Positions 19,975-31,262 of a DNA stretch of 64,000 nucleotides are shown here, in pieces; positions within the stretch are counted from its first letter, which is position 1; every line of letters begins with the position of its first letter. The stretch spans positions 64,001 to 128,000 of the forward strand of contig CAVZRV010000029.1 in the NCBI GenBank assembly GCA_963777605.1, read 5' to 3'. The notes below the pieces were generated by a model that saw only the letters and a program-made list of their open reading frames with translations, searched no databases and was not told the DNA's origin. Source of the DNA: an uncultured Acidobacteriota bacterium. Lineage in GTDB: Bacteria; Acidobacteriota; UBA6911; RPQK01; JAPXNP01. The position numbers were made by a program, and so were the translations under genes.

Positions 19975-21981
19975 TCAAGCTCGGACCAGCTCCACCCGCG
20001 ATGCTCCGGCGGCCCGCAGCAGTTGAACCACGTGGGCCTCATCAAAACGTGGGTCTGCACGGTCGATGGAGATGAAAAACCGGTCGTCGGTAACCTTCTC
20101 AAACATCTTCGAACGGAACAGAGGGTGAAAGTGTTCCGGCAGCTTTGACAGCAACAGAAATCCGATCAGAGCCCCTAGGGCGCCACCGAGTACTCCGCAT
20201 TCGAACATGATCGGGACGAACGCCGGCCAGCTGAACAACGGCTTTCCGCTGATCACCAGCGGGTATGCTTCCACACTGACCCACCACTGGAGAGCCATCC
20301 CGAAGGCCGCTCCGGCCAGTCCCATGATCAGTACGAACCAGGGTACCGGAGACCGCTTGAGTCCCATGGCCCGTTCCAACCCGTGTACTGGGAATGGGCT
20401 GTGGGTATCCCACTTCGTATATTTGGCATCTTTGATCAGGTGAGAGGCGGAAAGCAGTTCGTCCGGCTTTTCGAACTCAGCCAGGATTCCGTAAACCTCG
20501 CCTTCCTCCTGGTCGGCGTCACCGTCAGGTTGGGCTGATTGTGATGCGATCGCCGTCTCTACCTCGTCGCGATAGGCTTCGCCTGCGTCCGCGTGGACAT
20601 GCGCCTGGGGCAGGACGCCCTTCAGTTCCGCCATCGCCACCATGGGGGCGTAACGGACAAACAGGCAGAACAGGGTGAAGAAGAGGCCGAAGCTTCCCAG
20701 TAGAGTAGAAATATCCCACATGGTGGGCGAGAAGTAATCCCAGCTCGACGGAAGGAAGTCGCGGTGGAGGGAAGTGACCACGATGACGAATCGCTCAAAC
20801 CACATCCCGATGTTGACCAGGATGGAGACGACAAAGAGCACCGGGATGCTCCGCCTGGCCCGGGTCCACCAGAAGATCTGGGGAGACAGCAGGTTGCAGC
20901 TGATCATGATCCAGTACGCCCAGGCATAGGGGCCGAAGGCACGGTTGATGAAGGCGAACTTCTCAAATGGGTTCCCGCTGTACCAGGCAATGAAGAACTC
21001 GATACTGTAGGAGAATCCGACCATGGTCCCGGTAACCAGAATGAGCTTGGCCATGCGGTCGAAATGGAGCATCGTGATGATGTGCTCCAGCTTGAACACG
21101 ACCCGGCAGATCACCATCAGCGTGATGACCATCGCCATCCCCGAGAAGATTGCCCCGGCGACGAAGTAGGGAGGAAAGATGGTGCTGTGCCAGCCGGGAA
21201 GCTGGGCTACCGCAAAGTCGAACGAAACCACCGAGTGTACCGAAAGCACCAGCGGAGTGGCCAGGCCCGCGAGCAGCAGGTAGGCACGCTCGTAATGGTG
21301 CCAGTGGCGCTGTGATCCACGCCATCCAAGCGAGAGGAAACCATATGCGAACTGGCGGATCTTCCCTTTGGCGCGATCGCGCAGCGTGGCCAGGTCGGGA
21401 ACCAACCCCAGGTACCAGAAGATCAGCGACACCGTGAAGTAAACGCTGACTGCAAAGACGTCCCACATCAACGGGCTGCGGAACTGCGGATAGATCAACA
21501 TTTGGTTGGGCAGCGGAACCATCCAGTAGTCCAGCCAGGGGCGACCGGTGTGAATTCCAGGGAAGACGAGCGCACAAATGACCGCGAAGATGGTCATTGC
21601 CTCGGCCGCCCGGTTGATCGACGTCCGCCATTTTTGGCGGAAAAGGAAGAGTACCGCTGAGATCAGCGTTCCCGCGTGACCGATTCCGACCCAAAACACG
21701 AAGTTGACGATCGGCCAACCCCAGGCCACCGGGATGTTGTTTCCCCAGATTCCGACTCCGGTCAGGAGCAGGTAGCCGATGGAGATCCCGAAGACGCCCA
21801 GCATGGCCATCGAGATACCGAGAACTATGTACCAGCCCAGAGGTGGCGTCCACTCGACGGGCGTGCATACCGCCTCGGTTATGCCGTGAAACCCGGGGCT
21901 GCCCGTAACCAGAGACGGGCGCTCTTCGATCGGATCAATATGATCCTTGATTGAATCCAGTCCCAGAACTGCTTGTGCCAT
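19975..21981 (-). CDS. actC: ACIII ActC (NrfD-like quinol oxidase) fused to ActD (DUF3341-like)
   Basis: N-part [40 protein letters not shown]; C-part GILAEF...SPFPVHGL...YPLVISGKP...PIMFE; one continuous frame. Confidence 0.85.
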   Translation of the reverse strand: MAQAVLGLDSIKDHIDPIEERPSLVTGSPGFHGITEAVCTPVEWTPPLGWYIVLGISMAMLGVFGISIGYLLLTGVGIWGNNIPVAWGWPIVNFVFWVGIGHAGTLISAVLFLFRQKWRTSINRAAEAMTIFAVICALVFPGIHTGRPWLDYWMVPLPNQMLIYPQFRSPLMWDVFAVSVYFTVSLIFWYLGLVPDLATLRDRAKGKIRQFAYGFLSLGWRGSQRHWHHYERAYLLLAGLATPLVLSVHSVVSFDFAVAQLPGWHSTIFPPYFVAGAIFSGMAMVITLMVICRVVFKLEHIITMLHFDRMAKLILVTGTMVGFSYSIEFFIAWYSGNPFEKFAFINRAFGPYAWAYWIMISCNLLSPQIFWWTRARRSIPVLFVVSILVNIGMWFERFVIVVTSLHRDFLPSSWDYFSPTMWDISTLLGSFGLFFTLFCLFVRYAPMVAMAELKGVLPQAHVHADAGEAYRDEVETAIASQSAQPDGDADQEEGEVYGILAEFEKPDELLSASHLIKDAKYTKWDTHSPFPVHGLERAMGLKRSPVPWFVLIMGLAGAAFGMALQWWVSVEAYPLVISGKPLFSWPAFVPIMFECGVLGGALGALIGFLLLSKLPEHFHPLFRSKMFEKVTDDRFFISIDRADPRFDEAHVVQLLRAAGASRVELVRA

Positions 21982-22053
21982 ACGCAAATTCGATCTGTTT
22001 GGTTAATCCATGTGCCCGGATTCCGCGTCTCCAGGGCCCTGTTTTCCTCAGGT

Positions 22054-22383
22054 TCAAAAGAAAGGCAAGAAAAGGGAAAAGCCTGCCGACTCAGGCAGGT
22101 ATTGCCAGCCGCGGGTCAAGAGGTCGCCGAGCGTAAACAGCAGCATGATCGCCAGAAAGACGAAGCCGGCGCCGACGAAGAGGGCAGTCAGGCCGCTCTC
22201 GTATTTCACGTGCATAAAGAACAGAATCACCAGCATTGCCTTCGTGCAGGCGATCACGAGTGCCACATGAAAGCTGAGAATGCCCAAGTTGTAAAAGGAC
22301 ACTTCCACCGTGAGCAGCGTCAGCACCAGGAGCGTCGCAAAAATCAGGTAGTAGATTCCCCTTGGGAGGACATGATCACTCAT
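22054..22383 (-). CDS. Cytochrome c oxidase subunit IV family protein
   Basis: LLVLTLLTV...KAMLVILFFMHVKY; position in the cox cluster. Confidence 0.8.
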   Translation of the reverse strand: MSDHVLPRGIYYLIFATLLVLTLLTVEVSFYNLGILSFHVALVIACTKAMLVILFFMHVKYESGLTALFVGAGFVFLAIMLLFTLGDLLTRGWQYLPESAGFSLFLPFF

Positions 22384-22386
22384 CGT

Positions 22387-23040
22387 TTATGACCTTCCGA
22401 CTAGATAGAGGAACGGAAAAAGGAATATCCAGACGATATCGACGAAATGCCAGTACAGGCCGGCCATCTCCACCGGCGCGTAGTACTGGGTCGAAAACCG
22501 GCCCTTCTGCGCCATCCAGACCAGCGTGGTCAGAATGCCGAGCCCGACGATCATGTGAATGGCGTGCAGGCCGGTCATAATGAAGTAAAAGGAATAGAAA
22601 AGTTCCACCTGCTTCGGGAACAGGCTCTCCACGTGGAAGCCGTGACCGGGGATTAGGTGGTGAACGAACTTGTCATGGTATTCCACGGCCTTGACGCCAA
22701 GGAAGGTCATGCCCAGTACCATCGTGGAGATCAGGTAGCGGACAATTTTCTTTCGCTGTCCGACCTGGGCGTAATGAACCGCCATCGCCATCGTGAGACT
22801 GCTGCAGATCAACACCGCGGTGTTGATGGCGCCCAGGAGGTAGTTGAGGTGATTACTTCCCTCGACGAAGGCGTCATGGTATTTCAGCCGATAGAAGCCG
22901 TAGGCCGTGAACAGGGCTCCGAACATCATGACCTCGGTGATGAGGAATGACCACATCCCGAGCTTGGCCGTTTCTTTCTGTTGTTCAGCGTCGTCGAACT
23001 GGTGGGCGACGAGACTATGATGATCGCTTGACAAGTTCAC
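22387..23040 (-). CDS. coxC: Cytochrome c oxidase subunit III
   Basis: [36 protein letters not shown]. Confidence 0.9.
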   Translation of the reverse strand: MNLSSDHHSLVAHQFDDAEQQKETAKLGMWSFLITEVMMFGALFTAYGFYRLKYHDAFVEGSNHLNYLLGAINTAVLICSSLTMAMAVHYAQVGQRKKIVRYLISTMVLGMTFLGVKAVEYHDKFVHHLIPGHGFHVESLFPKQVELFYSFYFIMTGLHAIHMIVGLGILTTLVWMAQKGRFSTQYYAPVEMAGLYWHFVDIVWIFLFPFLYLVGRS

Positions 23041-24664
23041 CCTCCGTATCGAAGTTCTCGTAGGCGTAAGCTTCTTCGGTTACAACCGGCGTCTGGTCAA
23101 AATTGAAAGTGGGCGGCGGAGAAGGAGTTGTCCACTCGAGGCCCGTGGCGTGCCACGGGTTGGGTCCGGCCTTCTCTCCCTTGACCAGGGAATAGATCAG
23201 GTAGAACACGGGGAAGGCATAACCGACCGCCAGGATAGAAGCCCCTGCCGTCGACAGGACCTGGAAGATCTGAAACTCCGGCGGATAGGAATGATAGCGC
23301 CGCGGCATCCCCAGGTACCCGACCAGGAACTGCGGGAAGAAGGTCAGATTGAATCCGATGAAAATGATAACGGCGCTCAGTTTTGCCCAGGCTTCCGAGT
23401 AGAGTTTGCCGAACATCTTCGGCCACCAGAAGTGCATGGCGGCGAGGTACCCCATGATGGCGCCGCCGACCATGATGTAGTGGAAGTGGGCGACCACGAA
23501 GTAGGTATCGTGGACGTGCACATCCAGTCCCAGCGTGCCCAGAAAGAGTCCGGTCAGTCCCCCGATCGTGAATAGGCCGAGGAAGCCGAAGACGTAGAGC
23601 ATCGGGGTCTCATAGATGATGGTCCCCTTGTACATCGTGGCGGTCCAGTTGAAGACTTTTATCGCGGACGGGATGGCAACCATCATCGTCAGCACCGAGA
23701 AAACCATTCCGGTGTAGATCGACTGGCTGCTCACGAACATGTGGTGTCCCCAGACCAGGAATCCGAGAACCGCGATTGCCAGGCTTGAAAAGGCGATAAA
23801 GGAATAGCCGAAGATCCGCTTGCGACTGAAGCAGGTGATGACCTCGCTGATGACCCCCATCGCCGGCAGAATCATGATGTAGACAGCGGGGTGGGAGTAG
23901 AACCAGAAAAGGTGTTGGAAGAGTACCGGGTCACCCCCGAGTGCCGGATCAAATATTCCGACCCGAAAGACCCGCTCGACGAACACCAGAAGGATCGAGA
24001 TGGCGACGACCGGAGTTCCCAGCAGCATGATCAGGCTCGTTGCATAGTGGGCCCAAACAAACAGAGGCAGGCGAAACCAGGTCAGGCCCGGCGCGCGCAT
24101 CTTGTGGATCGTTACCAGGAAGTTGAGGCCGGTCAGAATCGAGGAGAAGCCGGTTATGAACACGCCGATCGCGGTTAACCCGACCGCCGTCTTCGAATAG
24201 GTGCTGCTGTAAGGCGTGTAAAAGGTCCAGCCCGTGTCGACACCCCCGAAAAGGACCACCGCGAAGGTGATCAAGCCCCCGATTGTGAAAATATACCAGC
24301 TTGCCAGGTTGACCTTGGGGAAGGCCAGGTCGCGTGCCCCGATCATGATCGGGATCAGAAAATTCCCGAAAACCGCCGGAATCGACGGAATCAGGAAGAA
24401 GAAAATCATGACCAGCCCGTGAAGGGTGAACAGCTTGTTGTAGGTGTCTGACGAGACCAGGTCCCCGGGAGGCGTCAGGAGTTCGAGCCGGATCAGGACG
24501 GCAAACAACCCGCCGATCAGGAAGAATATGCTGATCGTAATCAGGTAGAGGATCGCGATCCGCTTATGGTCGGTTGTGAGTAGCCAGGACTTCAGCCCAT
24601 AACCGGCCGTCAGGTAGTTGGTGCCGGGCTCATTCGTGTGAATTTCAGAACCGGTGTTGCTCAT
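23015..24664 (-). CDS. ctaD: Cytochrome c oxidase subunit I, type A2
   Basis: [19 protein letters not shown] (YS = A2 type), [21 protein letters not shown]. Confidence 0.95.
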   Translation of the reverse strand: MSNTGSEIHTNEPGTNYLTAGYGLKSWLLTTDHKRIAILYLITISIFFLIGGLFAVLIRLELLTPPGDLVSSDTYNKLFTLHGLVMIFFFLIPSIPAVFGNFLIPIMIGARDLAFPKVNLASWYIFTIGGLITFAVVLFGGVDTGWTFYTPYSSTYSKTAVGLTAIGVFITGFSSILTGLNFLVTIHKMRAPGLTWFRLPLFVWAHYATSLIMLLGTPVVAISILLVFVERVFRVGIFDPALGGDPVLFQHLFWFYSHPAVYIMILPAMGVISEVITCFSRKRIFGYSFIAFSSLAIAVLGFLVWGHHMFVSSQSIYTGMVFSVLTMMVAIPSAIKVFNWTATMYKGTIIYETPMLYVFGFLGLFTIGGLTGLFLGTLGLDVHVHDTYFVVAHFHYIMVGGAIMGYLAAMHFWWPKMFGKLYSEAWAKLSAVIIFIGFNLTFFPQFLVGYLGMPRRYHSYPPEFQIFQVLSTAGASILAVGYAFPVFYLIYSLVKGEKAGPNPWHATGLEWTTPSPPPTFNFDQTPVVTEEAYAYENFDTEGELVKRSS

Positions 24665-25635
24665 CAGTTTCCACCTCGGTCAGGTGCGTTCGAAATGGGG
24701 CCAACCGCCCCGAGAGATTTGATGTAGGAAATCAGCTTGAGCACGTCTTCTTCGCTGGCCTGTCCTTTGAAGGTCGGCATGATCGGAGCAAAACCCTCCG
24801 TGATGTGGTCAGCAGGCTTAAGGATCGACTGCCGGATGTAATCGTCGTCGACTTTCACCTCAGAGCCGTCGATCGTTCGAACCTGCGTGCCGTAAATCCC
24901 CTGCAGGCTGGGGCCGCGCGCACCCGATTCCTCGGAATGGCAGGTCACGCAACCCAGCTTGGAGAAGATGTCCTCGCCCGCCTGGGCCATGGTCTGCGTC
25001 GCCGCAGTGGCGCGGTTCAGCCAATCCTCGTACTCGACCGGATCGAGTACGTAAATCTTTCCGATCATCTCGGAGTGCTTGGTCCCGCAGTACTCCGCAC
25101 AGAAAAGGTGAAACTGACCGGTTTCGGTCGCCTGAAACCAGGCCGACGTGTACTTGCCGGGGAGAACGTCCATCTTCATCCGAAAGGCCGGCACATAGAA
25201 GCTGTGGATGACGTCTTCGGACGTCATGATCAGACGTACCGGAGTGCCGAGTGGAACGTGGAGTTCGTTGATCTCCCGGTTGCCCTCCGGATGCTGGATC
25301 TTCCACATCCACTGTTTGCCGACCACGTAGACGTTCATGGCCTCAGGGGGAGGGGAATACATGTCGAAGTAGATCACGACACCCCACGCGAACATGATCA
25401 TGGAGAGCCCGAACGGGATAACCGTCCAGAGCAGTTCCAGTCCCAGAGATCCGTGGATCGGGGTTGGCCCGTCTCCGCCGGCGCGCTTGCGGTAGCGGAT
25501 CGCGAAGACGAGGACCAGGATACTGACCAGGAGAAAGAAGAATAAACTGACCCCGATCAGGAAGAAATAGAGGTGATCCACCCGCGAGGCAATGGTCGAA
25601 GCAGACTCAGGGAGTATTGAAAAATCCTTGAACAT
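24664..25635 (-). CDS. coxB: Cytochrome c oxidase subunit II with C-terminal cytochrome c (caa3 type)
   Basis: DVIHSF, CuA motif [17 protein letters not shown] heme motif. Confidence 0.93.
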   Translation of the reverse strand: MFKDFSILPESASTIASRVDHLYFFLIGVSLFFFLLVSILVLVFAIRYRKRAGGDGPTPIHGSLGLELLWTVIPFGLSMIMFAWGVVIYFDMYSPPPEAMNVYVVGKQWMWKIQHPEGNREINELHVPLGTPVRLIMTSEDVIHSFYVPAFRMKMDVLPGKYTSAWFQATETGQFHLFCAEYCGTKHSEMIGKIYVLDPVEYEDWLNRATAATQTMAQAGEDIFSKLGCVTCHSEESGARGPSLQGIYGTQVRTIDGSEVKVDDDYIRQSILKPADHITEGFAPIMPTFKGQASEEDVLKLISYIKSLGAVGPISNAPDRGGN

Positions 25636-25657
25636 GGTCTCTACTTAATCCAATCCA

Positions 25658-26467
25658 TCACGCCCGGGCGGAGGCTTCACCCTTCTCACGACGGATGAAG
25701 AAGAACAACAGGCCCGCGATGGCGAGAACCGTCAGTGCGCCGGCTGCCCGGAGTACCGACATAATGGCAAAGCTGTACTTCCCGGTAAGGGGATTGTAGT
25801 GGTAGCAGTACAGGAGTACCTGGTCGACTGGAGACCCGATCTTCTCCTGGGATGCCTCGATTAAGCCGAGGCGGAGGTCGCGGGGGGAGTACTCAACCCC
25901 GTAAAAGTAACGGGCGACTTTTCCCTCCGGAGTCAGGACCATGATCCCGCTGGCGTGGGCGTACTGCCCGGTCTCGGGATCGTAGGCGTAGCGGTAGCCG
26001 ACGGCGTCGGCGAGGGGACGAATCTGATCTTCCCGGCCGGTCAGGAAGTGCCAGCCGTTCTCGGCTCCCTCGCGGCGATAGCTGTCCAGATACTGGTGTT
26101 TCTTTTCGGTTGCGAGTTCCGGTGTTTCCTTTGGGTTGATCGACACCGTGAGCACCTCGAATTCGTTGCCCGCTGAGAAATCGAGGGTGCGCAGGGCGCG
26201 TACCGTGCCGTTGAGAATCAGCGTACACAGCATGGGGCATTCGAAGTAGACGAGGGTCAGGATGACCGGCTTCTTCCCGAAGTAGTCGGCCAGCTTCACG
26301 GTTTCTCCCGACTCGTTCACGAATTCCAGGTCGAGCGGCACCTGGCTGTTCAGCTTCTGGTCGAGGCCGATCTTGTCGAGCAGATCGGGACTCTGCTGGG
26401 CATGTGCCGTTCCCGCCAGCGAAAGCACCAGAAGCAAAGCTGCTGTGATGACTGTGGTTGATTTCAT
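25658..26467 (-). CDS. SCO-family copper chaperone
   Basis: CPMLC motif, WHFLTG, YAHASG; signal peptide and C-terminal TM helix. Confidence 0.88.
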   Translation of the reverse strand: MKSTTVITAALLLVLSLAGTAHAQQSPDLLDKIGLDQKLNSQVPLDLEFVNESGETVKLADYFGKKPVILTLVYFECPMLCTLILNGTVRALRTLDFSAGNEFEVLTVSINPKETPELATEKKHQYLDSYRREGAENGWHFLTGREDQIRPLADAVGYRYAYDPETGQYAHASGIMVLTPEGKVARYFYGVEYSPRDLRLGLIEASQEKIGSPVDQVLLYCYHYNPLTGKYSFAIMSVLRAAGALTVLAIAGLLFFFIRREKGEASARA

Positions 26468-26505
26468 TTCGTTAGACCTCGGGCGGCGATTTCGTATCGC
26501 CGCGT

Positions 26506-26907
26506 TCAGTGGGACTCGGGCTCTCTCCTTGCTGAGCGGGCTGGAAGATCGCTCTGTGCGATGATTTCCATGGCGCGGTCGATGGGAATCCGAAACACTC
26601 CCGACTCTTTGTCGATCCATCCGTAGCTGTGCAGGGTCTTCTCTTCCCAGCTTCTCACCTCGATCAGCTCCTCGTGCGGATCGGGCTGGAGGCGTGGATC
26701 AGGAGGTATCTGGTTCACATCGATGACCGGGTTCACCGGGACGCCGGCTCGCTGGTAGTGATTCTGGAGCGCGTCGAACAGGAAGGTCATGCCGACCATC
26801 GCTACGATGAGCAGCAGGGCCAACCCGATCAGAAACCATAGGATCGGTTTGACGTCCGCATCGCTAGTTTCGTGCCCCTGACTGACTTTTGTTTCTTCTG
26901 ACTGCAT
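26506..26907 (-). CDS. Single-TM ACIII-associated protein (ActG-like)
   Basis: HETSD...TM...PPDPRLQ...YGWID...RIPIDRAM; position between act and SCO genes. Confidence 0.65.
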   Translation of the reverse strand: MQSEETKVSQGHETSDADVKPILWFLIGLALLLIVAMVGMTFLFDALQNHYQRAGVPVNPVIDVNQIPPDPRLQPDPHEELIEVRSWEEKTLHSYGWIDKESGVFRIPIDRAMEIIAQSDLPARSARREPESH

Positions 26908-26961
26908 CGTCCCGTGTTCCTTGTGGGAAGCTATGCTCACTACTATGCTGTTAGGACCTGT

Positions 26962-27609
26962 CTAGTTGCTCTCTTCCGTATCACTTGCCTGGACTTTGGC
27001 GAAATCATCCGGAGAGACATCTCCCTCGGTGGCTGCCTGGCTCAACTGAAGGGAGCGAATGTAGGCGATGATCGCCCAGCGGTCCTCCGGGGCGACTCGC
27101 GCAGCATAGCTGAACATGGCTCCGTATCCGTTCGTGATGACGTTGAAAATGTAGCCGGGAGCGGCCTCTTTCAACCGGACAATGTGCAGCGAGGGCGGAC
27201 GCTTCATTCCGCGTCGGACGATCACTCCATGTCCAGTTCCCACGCGGTCGTGGCAGGGCGAGCAGTAGATGTCGAATCGCTCGTGCCCCCGGCGAAGGAG
27301 TTGCTCTGTGACCGGAAACGGAAACAGTTCCGAATCCTTGCCATCGACCTTGCCGGTGTAGAGCAATTCGTCGTCGTGAAGCTGCCCCTGGGCGACGGTC
27401 CCCTCGGGGGGGACGCGCGACGCCTGGCCATCCGGAAAAAAATCACTGGCGTCATAGGACTTGTACTTCGGCTGATCGTGCATGTCGAGCCGGCAACCCG
27501 CCACGCCGCCGGCCAGAACCATCAGTCCTAGCAGTCGGGCAATTCTGAAACGCCTCGGTCTTCGCACCTTGTTCATCCTCGTTAAGCAGTCAAAGCCATT
27601 CCGCTGCAA
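26962..27609 (-). CDS. actE: ACIII monoheme cytochrome c lipoprotein ActE
   Basis: Lipobox VAGC, DMHDQPK, CSPCH, DRWAIIAYIRSLQ; start codon uncertain. Confidence 0.85.
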   Translation of the reverse strand: MQRNGFDCLTRMNKVRRPRRFRIARLLGLMVLAGGVAGCRLDMHDQPKYKSYDASDFFPDGQASRVPPEGTVAQGQLHDDELLYTGKVDGKDSELFPFPVTEQLLRRGHERFDIYCSPCHDRVGTGHGVIVRRGMKRPPSLHIVRLKEAAPGYIFNVITNGYGAMFSYAARVAPEDRWAIIAYIRSLQLSQAATEGDVSPDDFAKVQASDTEESN

Positions 27610-27612
27610 GGT

Positions 27613-30600
27613 CTAGACATCGTCACTCTTACTCAGTCGCGGATTGGGGTTCTTGATCTTTGCCAGATAGCTCGTGCGCGGTTTCGTTTTCAGTTCAGTC
27701 AGAATTCCGTAGTTGCGCTGATTACTCTTGATTTTGGCGACACGACTCTCGGGGTCGTTGATGTCGCCGAACACAATCGCATCGGTCGGGCAGACCTGCT
27801 GACAGGCGGTCTTGATCTCGCCGTCCTCGACCTCCCGGTCATCCAGTCGGGCCTGGATTTTGGCGGCGTTGATCCGTTGCACACAGTAGGTGCATTTCTC
27901 CATAACGCCGCGGCTGCGGACGGTCACGTCGGGGTTGCGCTGCAGCTTAAGGGACTCGGTCTGCCAGTCAGAGTAAAGCAGGAAGTTGAAACGGCGCACC
28001 TTATACGGGCAGTTGTTCGAGCAGTACCGGGTGCCCACGCACCGGTTGTAGACCATGTCGTTGAGCCCTTCGGGGCTGTGATTGGTCGCCCCTACTGGGC
28101 AGACGGTCTCACAGGGTGCGTTCTCACACTGCTGGCACATGATCGGCTGAAAGAGGGTTTCCGGGTCGTCAAGGTCGCCCTGGTAGTAGCGATCGATCCG
28201 GATCCAGGCCAATTCCCGGCCTTTACGGACCTGCTCCCGTCCCACCACGGCAATGTTGTTCTCGGATTGGCAGGCCACGACGCAGGCGTTGCAGCCGATG
28301 CAGGCACTGAGGTCTACGGCCATTCCCCAGGCATGTCCGTTGTATTCAAAGCCGGGGTACAGGTCCGCTTCTTTCCCGAATTCGTGATCCAGTTCCTGGG
28401 CGAATGCAGGATTCTGACGGAACTCCTCCTGGGTGCCTTCCCGCACGAGATGGCGCCCTTCCATGGAGTAGTGGTGCTGGGTACATGCCAGTTCTGCCGA
28501 CTCTCCCGTCGGTGTGATCTGGACGTCTTCCTGGTGCCACCAGTTTGCGCCGGAGCGCAGGGGATAAACGTCGAACCCGGCGCCGGCTCCGACGCGGCCG
28601 ACGGTCCGGCGGCCGTAACCCAGGTGAACTGTTACCGCGTTGGCGGGATGGCCGGGGTGAAGCCACACCGGCCCCGTCACACTGGTGTCCCCGACCTGAA
28701 CCGCCACGACGTCTCCGGACGAGATATTCAACTGCTCAGCGACGGCTGGAGGAACCAGTACCGCATTGTCCCAGGTCAACTTGGTCAGTGGCTTGGCGGC
28801 CTCCTGGAGCCATCCATTGTTGGCGTAGCGGCCGTCATAGATGTGGGGATCGGGTCGGACGATCAGTTCGAGTCCGGAACCCGGAGCCTCAACCCGGGAG
28901 AGTACCGACTGAATGGAACCTGCGTCCACCGCGACCGGGAGAGCTTCCGCAGGACCGGCCTCCAGGTGCCCTTCATAGAGTGCCCGGCGCCAGCGACTTT
29001 CAAAATCCAGGCCTCCCATTACCTTTGCCCAGTGGGCCTTGACCACGTCGTAGCCCGAGACTTCGGTCTCCTCGCCAAGCATTACGGCAACCAGTTCGAC
29101 CGCCGACTTGGAACGGTAGAGCGGCTCAATCAGCGGCTGGATCAGCGATGGTGTCCCATCGAATGCCCGTGCGTCCCCCCATGCTTCCAGGTAGTGAGAC
29201 TCGGGAATCTGCCAGTTACAGAGTTCGGAAGTCTCGTTTGCCTGTTGAGTGAGGTGGATCTTCAACGGCACCTGGGAGAGTGCGTTGGCGAAGTCCAGAT
29301 CGAAGGGGGCGTCGAACGCAGGGTTGCCACCGAAAATCAGGAGCGTTTCCACCTCCCCGTTCTTCATCTCCTCAACCAGTCGGGTCAGCGACTCGCTATT
29401 TACGTCGGGGCGCGACTCGATCGGTTCGGTGTGGATTACGGCCTCTCCCACGTTGTCGAGAGATGCGTTCATCCAGTGGACGAGTGCGTGCAGTTCCGGG
29501 GATTGCAATTCTCCCGGGATGATTGCCGAGCGCCCGCGATGGGCCTTCAGGTCTTCAGCCAGGGCATCGACGAACTCTTGCCGGTCGGCGTCCAAAGGCG
29601 CAGGGGAATTCACGGGAAGCCCCAAAGCGGCCGCCAGCGCCATCGCCACCACCATCACTTCGGCGTGACGCACGGCCAGTCGGTGGTCCGCGACCGAGGC
29701 GCTGACCGTCGGGGAGGATTCCACAACATAGAGCCGGTTCATCTCGAAGTCGGGTGAGTCAACGCGGCGTCTCGCCGAAAAGTCCTTGGCATAGCGGACT
29801 GCCGCCGGTCCCCAATACATGAAGTCGGCATCGAAGGAAACCACCCGGTCGGCGCGGTCGAGACGATAGTACGTGTTGACTGTCTTCCCGAAGGCGGCCT
29901 TTGCCCCCTGGCGGGCACTGTCCGCGTTGACCGGTTCGTACTGATGCCAGCCAACCTGGCCCAACGACTTCAGAAGCGCTTCAATCTGCTGAGAGAGCGT
30001 CGGCGAAGTGATGTTCCCGGTCAGGATTCTCAAGCCCTTGCCCTGGTTGACCTGGACCCGCTCCATCTCTGATCGAAGGGTTGCCGCAAAGACTTCCCAG
30101 GACCGGACTCGTCCGGCGTTGGTGACGGCCTGGATGCGATCGGGGTCGTAGAGGTCAAGCACCGAAGCCTGAACGTGGACGGATGTCGCCCCGAGGCTGG
30201 CGGGATGCTTTGGGTTGCCTTCAATCTTGGTTGGTCGACCGTCATGACTCTCGATCAGGACACCCTGGGCGTACCCGAATTGAGGAGCAGAAGACGCATA
30301 AAAAAGCGGCTTGCCCGGGATAACTTCCTCCGGGGCCCGCACATAGGGAACCAGTTTCTCGTCGGGTTGACGCGTACAAGCCGCCAGTCCCCCGAACGCG
30401 ATAGAGGCGCCCATCAGTTGGAGAAACCGGCGACGGCCCACCGGGTCCGTGAAGGTGTCGGCTTCGGCCGGGAACTCGTGCTCCAAGTAGTCCAGAAACT
30501 CTTCGGTCTCCGCCAGTTCTTCGATGCTCTTCCAGTAAGTGCGACCCGATGACTGCGCCAGTTTCTCGCGCAGAACGGCCAGGTCGATGGATGAATTTCC

Positions 30601-30615
30601 GGTTCTTGATCTCAT
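27613..30615 (-). CDS. actB: ACIII ActB (molybdopterin-oxidoreductase-like plus Fe-S domains)
   Basis: YWKSIEE, Tat motif RRRFLQLMGAS, GRPTKIEGNP; CIGCNAC, CQQCENAPC, CVGTRYC, CTYC; ATGA overlap with the actA stop. Confidence 0.9.
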   Translation of the reverse strand: MRSRTGNSSIDLAVLREKLAQSSGRTYWKSIEELAETEEFLDYLEHEFPAEADTFTDPVGRRRFLQLMGASIAFGGLAACTRQPDEKLVPYVRAPEEVIPGKPLFYASSAPQFGYAQGVLIESHDGRPTKIEGNPKHPASLGATSVHVQASVLDLYDPDRIQAVTNAGRVRSWEVFAATLRSEMERVQVNQGKGLRILTGNITSPTLSQQIEALLKSLGQVGWHQYEPVNADSARQGAKAAFGKTVNTYYRLDRADRVVSFDADFMYWGPAAVRYAKDFSARRRVDSPDFEMNRLYVVESSPTVSASVADHRLAVRHAEVMVVAMALAAALGLPVNSPAPLDADRQEFVDALAEDLKAHRGRSAIIPGELQSPELHALVHWMNASLDNVGEAVIHTEPIESRPDVNSESLTRLVEEMKNGEVETLLIFGGNPAFDAPFDLDFANALSQVPLKIHLTQQANETSELCNWQIPESHYLEAWGDARAFDGTPSLIQPLIEPLYRSKSAVELVAVMLGEETEVSGYDVVKAHWAKVMGGLDFESRWRRALYEGHLEAGPAEALPVAVDAGSIQSVLSRVEAPGSGLELIVRPDPHIYDGRYANNGWLQEAAKPLTKLTWDNAVLVPPAVAEQLNISSGDVVAVQVGDTSVTGPVWLHPGHPANAVTVHLGYGRRTVGRVGAGAGFDVYPLRSGANWWHQEDVQITPTGESAELACTQHHYSMEGRHLVREGTQEEFRQNPAFAQELDHEFGKEADLYPGFEYNGHAWGMAVDLSACIGCNACVVACQSENNIAVVGREQVRKGRELAWIRIDRYYQGDLDDPETLFQPIMCQQCENAPCETVCPVGATNHSPEGLNDMVYNRCVGTRYCSNNCPYKVRRFNFLLYSDWQTESLKLQRNPDVTVRSRGVMEKCTYCVQRINAAKIQARLDDREVEDGEIKTACQQVCPTDAIVFGDINDPESRVAKIKSNQRNYGILTELKTKPRTSYLAKIKNPNPRLSKSDDV

Positions 30616-31262
30616 CGGTGACACGCTGAACAGTGAGTGAGGCTCTTAATGTTGTATTTCTTGACCAGTTCGCGACCCTGTTCCTCCTGGTTGGCCGGAG
30701 GCGTCCAGGTGACGCTGAAGACCTGGTCGCGGGGGCGAACGAACTTCTCGGGATTCCGGTGACAATTCAGGCACCATCCCATGTAAAGGGTATTGACCTT
30801 ACGCATGAGCGGCATCTGGTCCACCTGCCCGTGGCAGGTCGTGCACCCGACTCCCTTCTTCACGTGGATGCTGTGATTGAAGTAGACGAAGTCGGGCAAA
30901 TCATGAACCCGCCACCACTCCAGGGGTTTCCCGGTGCGATAGCTGTCCCGCACCGGCTGAAGAATGGGAGCATCCGTCCACACCTGCGAATGACAGGTCA
31001 TGCAGGTGTGGGTTGGCGGAATCCCCGCCGTCGAACTCTTCTCAACGGAAGTGTGGCAGTAGCGGCAGTCGATTCCCAGGCCGTTGACGTGGTGCTTGTG
31101 GCTGAACATCACCGGCTGTTCCCGGAACTCGTCTACTCGGTTGAAGTAGGAGGAGTAGTAGATCTGGTAGTAAGCCCAGCCGCCTCCCGCGGCCAGAAGA
31201 ATGACCGCCAGGAAGCCGATCCTCACGAGAATATTCGTACTGTGATGAAAAATCTGTGCCAT
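30612..31262 (-). CDS. actA: ACIII pentaheme cytochrome c ActA
   Basis: Five CxxCH motifs (CRYCH, CMTCH, CTTCH, CLNCH, CSACH) after an N-terminal TM helix. Confidence 0.9.
   Translation of the reverse strand: MAQIFHHSTNILVRIGFLAVILLAAGGGWAYYQIYYSSYFNRVDEFREQPVMFSHKHHVNGLGIDCRYCHTSVEKSSTAGIPPTHTCMTCHSQVWTDAPILQPVRDSYRTGKPLEWWRVHDLPDFVYFNHSIHVKKGVGCTTCHGQVDQMPLMRKVNTLYMGWCLNCHRNPEKFVRPRDQVFSVTWTPPANQEEQGRELVKKYNIKSLTHCSACHR

Noticed and set aside
27877-29757. Long antisense ORFs (626 aa here; also 5213-6229, 40638-41993, 41765-42976, 44594-46180, 45981-47471)
   Set aside because: Shadow frames opposite well-supported genes, expected in GC-rich DNA, with no recognisable motifs.
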